DNA of 64,000 bases from an uncultured bacterium (GTDB taxonomy: Bacteria > SAR324 > NAC60-12). The notes below the pieces were generated by a model. The model did no database searches. It was not told the origin of the DNA and saw only the letters and a program-made list of their open reading frames with translations. The position numbers and the translations under genes were made by a program. This document shows positions 58,144 through 64,000 of this stretch, in pieces. Location of the stretch: assembly GCA_965662235.1 (NCBI GenBank), contig CBFIGY010000001.1:1-64000 (forward strand), read 5' to 3'. The first letter of the stretch is position 1; each line of letters starts with the position of its first letter.

Positions 58144-58566
58144 ATGCTGGAAGAACGTACACTGCGCGTCATCCACTACGAATCCCAGACTCAGCAGCAA
58201 CCGGCTGAAATTCCCTGGCGAACTCAACGAACCCAGCGGCCCGGAGAGGCCTTTCGGCTGGAAAGCACGGATGATCCCGTCTCAGACGCCATGGCCCGCA
58301 ACGACTACTGCCCCATTGAGCTGGCCGCGTTTCACAGCGCCAACGAGGGCATGCTGTCCCTAAGGGTCTTTGCCAGCGCCGTCGGCCGGACCCCCAACAG
58401 CTACCTTGCCCTGCTGCGCCTCGGAGGTCAGCAGCACGTCTACTACTTCACCGGACCCGTGGCGTTGATGGACTTCATGCGGCACACCGTTGCCGGCATC
58501 AAGGCCCTTGAGCCACTGACGGATCCGGAGCAGTGGCCTCCGTGGTCCATTCCCTCACAGCTGTAA
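58144..58566 (+). CDS. Hypothetical protein
   Basis: ATG 58144; ends 4 nt before the MinD-like gene. Confidence 0.55.
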   Translation: MLEERTLRVIHYESQTQQQPAEIPWRTQRTQRPGEAFRLESTDDPVSDAMARNDYCPIELAAFHSANEGMLSLRVFASAVGRTPNSYLALLRLGGQQHVYYFTGPVALMDFMRHTVAGIKALEPLTDPEQWPPWSIPSQL

Positions 58567-58570
58567 ACCC

Positions 58571-59563
58571 ATGACTCCGGAACGCATCCCCACGTTCATT
58601 CCTGTTGCCAGCGGTAAGGGCGGGGTCGGCAAGACCTTTCTGACCGCCAACCTTGCGGCAGCCCTTGCTGAGATGGGCAAGCAGGTCATTGCCGTCGACC
58701 TGGACCTCGGCGGGTCGAACCTGCACACGTACCTGGGCCTCGGGAACACTCATCCCGGCATCGGCGACTACCTCAACAGCGGGGGAAGCCTCCAGGACCT
58801 GCTGGTGCCCACCGCTTGGGAGCAGCTTCAGTTCCTTCCGGGAGACGGCCGAACTCCGTTTCTTGCCAACCTCCCTCACGCCCAGAAACAAAAGCTCCTG
58901 CTCAACCTGACTCGGTTGCAGGCAGACTTCATCTTCCTCGACCTCGGCGCCGGAAGCAGCTACAACACGCTGGACTACTTTGGGCTCTCCCCTCAGGGGA
59001 TGGTGGTGACGACTCCAGAGTATCCGGCGTTGATGAACATGATGACCTTCCTCAAGAACTTTACCTTCCGGACCATTGAACGGACCCTGCCGCCCAAGTC
59101 ATACGTCCGGACCCAGGTGCAGCAGTGCCTGTCTAACCGGCAGCCAGATGCCAACCTGAATGTGACGCGGCTGATGGAAGTCATTGCGGACGCTGCTCCG
59201 GAGCTTCATGACACCGTGCAGGCACGCTGGGCGTCCTTTCGGCCCCGGATCATCTTCAACCAGGGGATGGGGCCTGAAGACCTAGACTCCTTGGAGCAGA
59301 TCCAGAGCAGCTTGGAGCAAACCCTCCGGTTGAAGGTCGATTTCTTTGGGTTCATCTTCCACGATCCTCTGGCCAAGGAACTGAGTCGCAACCGCGTCTC
59401 CTTGATGCAGCAGGCTCGGGAAACTGAGATGGGCGCCGACGTCCTCCGCCTTGCGGACCGGATTGTGCGCCTCTGGCCACAGCCCATTCGCAACAGCGCG
59501 CCCCTGCTCCGGAACAACACCGAAGCCACCTTGGCGCAACGAGAGGGACGAGGGGAGGTCTGA
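58571..59563 (+). CDS. MinD/FlhG/ParA family ATPase
   Basis: Deviant Walker A SGKGGVGKT, DLDLGGSNL, DLGAG, VTTPE. Confidence 0.85.
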   Translation: MTPERIPTFIPVASGKGGVGKTFLTANLAAALAEMGKQVIAVDLDLGGSNLHTYLGLGNTHPGIGDYLNSGGSLQDLLVPTAWEQLQFLPGDGRTPFLANLPHAQKQKLLLNLTRLQADFIFLDLGAGSSYNTLDYFGLSPQGMVVTTPEYPALMNMMTFLKNFTFRTIERTLPPKSYVRTQVQQCLSNRQPDANLNVTRLMEVIADAAPELHDTVQARWASFRPRIIFNQGMGPEDLDSLEQIQSSLEQTLRLKVDFFGFIFHDPLAKELSRNRVSLMQQARETEMGADVLRLADRIVRLWPQPIRNSAPLLRNNTEATLAQREGRGEV

Positions 59564-59568
59564 GGAGG

Positions 59569-59793
59569 TTACTCTGCGGAAATCAGCGAGGCCGAGGGCA
59601 AGGGGGCGAGCTTCTGCAAGCTTATGGGCTCAACGGTCCACTTTGCCGGACGCTGCCCCCACTCTGAGGCATAGACCGTTTCCACCGTCAGCCGATCGCC
59701 GTCTTCTTCCAGCACAATCTCTTCCAGTTCTTCTTCTTCTGGAGCCAGTGGAACCAACTCATCCAGCAATTCTCGAAACTCACGGTCCGTCAT
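59569..59793 (-). CDS. Small acidic hypothetical protein (74 aa)
   Basis: ATG 59793 with GGGAG RBS; sigma-54-like promoter upstream. Confidence 0.55.
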   Translation of the reverse strand: MTDREFRELLDELVPLAPEEEELEEIVLEEDGDRLTVETVYASEWGQRPAKWTVEPISLQKLAPLPSASLISAE

Positions 59794-59870
59794 CTGAAGC
59801 ACTCCCTGCAGTGGGTCGAGTTGAGGCCGGGACCTGCTTCTGAGGCCCGCCCAAGGGTTTCTCCCTCTGT

Positions 59871-59886
59871 TGCAGCGCGCATGCCA
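59871..59886 (-). promoter_or_regulatory. Putative sigma-54 promoter
   Basis: Minus strand TGGCATGCGCGCTGCA = TGGCAYG-N4-YTGCA. Confidence 0.55.
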
Positions 59887-59994
59887 CTTTCCCCGTCGTT
59901 TTTGTGGGAAGCACTTGCAAGTGCCCGGATCCCTCCCGCAGGATAGGGCGGTTTTGTGCTCTGTTCTCTCCTTCCTTTTTGCTGAAAATACCGA

Positions 59995-61017
59995 ATGACC
60001 GTTGAAGCGATTACTTACGACGACGTCCTGCTGGTGCCGTCTTACAACCACTGGGAATCCCGGCGCATTGTCGACACCTCCATGACCGACCGGAGCGGCA
60101 AGCTCACCCTGTCCCTGCCCGTCATGACGGCCAACATGGACACCGTCACCGAGTCGGCCATGGCCAACTTCATTGGCCACCGAGGCGGCATCGGCGTCCT
60201 CCACCGCTTCATGTCGATTGAAGACAATGTCCGGATCTTCCGGGAGTGCGAGTTTCCCACCTTTGTCTCAATTGGATGCGGCACCGCCGACCTCGAGCGG
60301 GCGGAAGCACTGCATCAGGCCGGGGCCAACAAGTTCTGCATCGACGTGGCACATGCGCATGCCAAGTACGTGGGACGGACGCTTAAGGAAGCCCGGGACC
60401 TGCTGGGGAAGGACGCCTGCATCATGGTCGGAAACGTGGCCACCTACGCCGGAGCCGACTACCTTGCCTCCTGCGGGGCAGACGTCATCAAGGTGGGCAT
60501 CGGCGGAGGCTCAGTCTGCACCACCCGCATCAAGACCGGTTTCGGCGTCCCGAACCTGACCGCCATCCGGGAGTGCGCCCGAGTGGATCGCTCCATTGTT
60601 GCTGATGGAGGCATCCGAACGCCGGGAGACATCGTCAAGGCCCTTGCCTTTGGGGCCGATTTTGTGATGGTGGGTTCCATGTTGGCCGGAACACGTCCGA
60701 CGCCGGGAGAGATCTTTGAAGAGGCGCAGCCAGATGGCAGCACCCGGCGCTTCAAGCGCTACCGTGGCATGGCCAGCCGAGAGGTGGCCGATGACTACCA
60801 TGGCGGGCTCACTGAGTGGAAAACGGCAGAAGGCGTTGCCACAGAGGTGGGGTATCGCGAGGATGAGGAGCACATTGTCGCCGACCTCATCGGGGGTCTG
60901 CGGTCCGGGCTGACCTACGGCGGCGCGGCCACCATCAAGGAGCTGCAGCGCAAGCTCGACTACGTCCGGGTGACCCCAGCCGGCCGGATGGAGAGCCTGC
61001 CTCACCGCATCCTCTGA
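59995..61017 (+). CDS. GMP reductase / IMPDH family enzyme lacking CBS domains
   Basis: [40 protein letters not shown]. Confidence 0.85.
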   Translation: MTVEAITYDDVLLVPSYNHWESRRIVDTSMTDRSGKLTLSLPVMTANMDTVTESAMANFIGHRGGIGVLHRFMSIEDNVRIFRECEFPTFVSIGCGTADLERAEALHQAGANKFCIDVAHAHAKYVGRTLKEARDLLGKDACIMVGNVATYAGADYLASCGADVIKVGIGGGSVCTTRIKTGFGVPNLTAIRECARVDRSIVADGGIRTPGDIVKALAFGADFVMVGSMLAGTRPTPGEIFEEAQPDGSTRRFKRYRGMASREVADDYHGGLTEWKTAEGVATEVGYREDEEHIVADLIGGLRSGLTYGGAATIKELQRKLDYVRVTPAGRMESLPHRIL

Positions 61018-61055
61018 AGCCTCTGCCCCCTTTGTTCCGGACGTGCCGGGTTGGC

Positions 61056-62252
<1,197 letters not shown>

Positions 62253-62259
62253 TTAAGGC

Positions 62260-62310
62260 GGAAAAAAAGCAGGCCCTGGCGTCACCCTTCCGCCTCCGGA
62301 AGCGGAGGCC
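62260..62310 (-). terminator. Probable terminator after argC
   Basis: Minus strand GC hairpin TCCGCTT-CCGG-AGGCGGA inside GGCC...GGCC, followed by T7. Confidence 0.45.
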
Positions 62311-62315
62311 GATCT

Positions 62316-63344
62316 TCAGATGAGCGCCGTCTCTTCTGGAAATCCGAACATCAGGTTCATGTTCTGAATCGCCTGTCCGGAGGCGCCCTTCACCAAGTTG
62401 TCGATGCTGGTCAGCACCACCCAGTTCCGGCAGGACTCATCGTGACTCAGTCCAATGGCGCAGCGGTTGGAGTGCACGCACGTCTTCAGGTCCGGGAGCT
62501 TGCCCTCTGGCAACAGCTGCACAAACCGGTTCTCCGCGTCAAACTGCTGAAACTGCGTCCAGACCTGCTCCGGATCCTTGGGTCGGGAAAAGCGCAGGTA
62601 GATCGTAGAAAGGATGCCCCGGTTGACCGGCAGCAGGTGCGGTGTGAAGATCACCTCTCCCAGCTCCTCTGAGCGGAACGGACTGAGGTCTTCCAGGTAC
62701 TGCTGAATCTCCGGCTGGTGCTGGTGCCCAAAGACCTTGTAGGCCTTGAAGTTCTCGTTCACCTCCACGTAGTTGGTGGCATCGTCCTCCACTCGCCCTC
62801 CGGCCCCGGTGACTCCGGACTTGGCATCAATGATCGGGGGACGGTCCAGCCGGGCCAGCAGATTTCCAAAGGGCAGCAACCCCAGCAGTGCCCCAGTTGG
62901 GTAACACCCCGGATTGGCAATCAGACGGGCCGACTCAATCGCCTCCCGGAAGAACTCAGGCAGCCCAAACACGGCTTCCTCCAGCAACTCCGGAGAGGTG
63001 TGCTCAAGCTTGTAGAAACGGGCGAACCGCTCCGGGTCCCGGAGGCGGTACACGCCTGAGAGGTCAATGACCTTCACCCCCTGCTCCAGCAAAGCTGGTA
63101 CTCGCTCTAGGCTCGCCTTATTCGGCACGGCCAGAAAGACCACGTCGCACCCGGAGGCGTCAGTGTCATTGGACTGAAACACTTCCTGACACAGCGGCAG
63201 ATGCGGAAACGCCTCGGCCACCGTCCGGCCTTCGTACTTGGTGGAGGTCGCCAGGACCACTTGGGCAAAGGGATGCCGTTGCAGGCGCTCCAGCAGCTCA
63301 AGCCCAGACAGCCCGGCGGCGCCGATGATTCCCACTCGGATCAT
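62316..63344 (-). CDS. argC: N-acetyl-gamma-glutamyl-phosphate reductase
   Basis: IANPGCYPT, SGVTGAG, HQHQPEI, DNLVKGASGQAIQNMN. Confidence 0.95.
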   Translation of the reverse strand: MIRVGIIGAAGLSGLELLERLQRHPFAQVVLATSTKYEGRTVAEAFPHLPLCQEVFQSNDTDASGCDVVFLAVPNKASLERVPALLEQGVKVIDLSGVYRLRDPERFARFYKLEHTSPELLEEAVFGLPEFFREAIESARLIANPGCYPTGALLGLLPFGNLLARLDRPPIIDAKSGVTGAGGRVEDDATNYVEVNENFKAYKVFGHQHQPEIQQYLEDLSPFRSEELGEVIFTPHLLPVNRGILSTIYLRFSRPKDPEQVWTQFQQFDAENRFVQLLPEGKLPDLKTCVHSNRCAIGLSHDESCRNWVVLTSIDNLVKGASGQAIQNMNLMFGFPEETALI

Positions 63345-63688
63345 GAGTTCAGTACCTCTTGATATAAGTCTTCGTTAAAGCCCACCAGGAAGTCGGGCCC
63401 CACTCGCCACGTGGGCGCACGCAGGTTTCCACTGGGGCCGATCACGTCGGCCAGAATCGCGTCCCGGTCGTCGGTCGCCGGATTCCAGTGGTGAGTCTTC
63501 TTCCCCTTGGCGGTGTGGATCGTCCGGGCGTCCTTCAGCAACTCCCATGCAGCGTCGGCATTGTACCGGACCTTGTTGGCGCTCACGCGCTCCTGATCGT
63601 GAATCTGATGTGCGTCAAGAAACTCTTGCGCTCGCTTGCAGCTGGTTCAACCGGGGCGAAAGTAGCCCCACTCAAGGGTCTGGGTCAT
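63341..63688 (-). CDS. ArsC/thioredoxin-fold selenoprotein (UxxC; Sec codon at 63647-63649)
   Basis: ATG 63688 (AGGA RBS) reads MTQTLEWGYFRPG-UGA-TSCKRAQEFL... in frame with the tracked 81-aa ORF (GPSGNLRAP, LVGFN). A hairpin follows the UGA. Confidence 0.82.
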
Positions 63689-63755
63689 GGTGTCCTGTCG
63701 GAAAGGGTTTGGGTCTCAAAGGCTGAGATTGTACTTGGCTTCTGTAGAGATTCAA

Positions 63756-63998
63756 TCACTTTGGGGCCTCAGACTCTCCCGGAAAGGTTCCCCGACGCCA
63801 CCGCAGCGGACTGTCGAAGATGGCTCCGGGCTGCTCAAGGGTTGCCAGCGCTCCCAGACACTCCTCAAAGAGGTATCGCTGCTGCGCCCGACGTCCGGGC
63901 TCACCCAGCGCGTGTCCAAACGGAAAACGCACGTGGTACGTCCGGGGCGGCTTCACCTGCTCGCTAATGCGTCGGAGGATGGAGATGCCGATGGTGCT
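63756..63998 (-). CDS. C-terminal part of a glycine/sarcosine/betaine/D-proline reductase selenoprotein B-like (PrdB/GrdB-like) protein (5'-partial)
   Basis: Frame open to the window edge: STIGISILRRISEQVKPPRTYHVRFPFGHALGEPG...QQR. Confidence 0.65.
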   Translation of the reverse strand, partial: STIGISILRRISEQVKPPRTYHVRFPFGHALGEPGRRAQQRYLFEECLGALATLEQPGAIFDSPLRWRRGTFPGESEAPK

Positions 63999-64000
63999 GA

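Noticed and set aside
63341..63586. 81-aa ORF with GTG start as listed in the track
   Set aside because: It lacks the redox motif; better explained as the 3' part of a UGA-readthrough gene starting at 63688.

Overview
GC-rich (about 60-63% by eye) bacterial chromosomal window, almost entirely housekeeping and metabolic genes. I saw no rRNA, tRNA, CRISPR array, prophage or transposase. The split atp operon (b',b,delta,alpha,gamma,beta,epsilon) and the stand-alone mitochondrial/spirochete-type EF-G suggest a deltaproteobacterial-type organism such as SAR324 (inference only). Left arm (0.2-16.4 kb): an acetate/propionate uptake, activation and storage locus (DUF4212-actP-acs-phaA-SDR-phaC-BLUF-prpE). 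It is divergent from an SLC5-fused histidine kinase, a lone receiver protein, and a membrane PAS/pseudo-kinase protein ending in an intact DEDDh exonuclease. Middle: cysS, msbA, degP, pspC, hemD, serB, a GlmU-like protein, atp genes, ispF, fusA, and a TAXI-TRAP/UspA/DctBD operon with a visible sigma-54 promoter and two tandem palindromic enhancer candidates. Right: degT, CPBP protease, SPOR protein, aat, sodB, ligA, K+ channel, GT61, argJ, PhyH, MinD-like ATPase, GMP reductase-like enzyme, pobA and argC. At the far end is an ArsC-like selenoprotein (in-frame UGA in a UxxC motif) that the ORF track truncates, next to a PrdB/GrdB-like gene. The most interesting signals are the pseudo-kinase/exonuclease signalling module, the selenoprotein, a BLUF photoreceptor inside the PHA locus, and strong enrichment of the palindrome TCCGGA.
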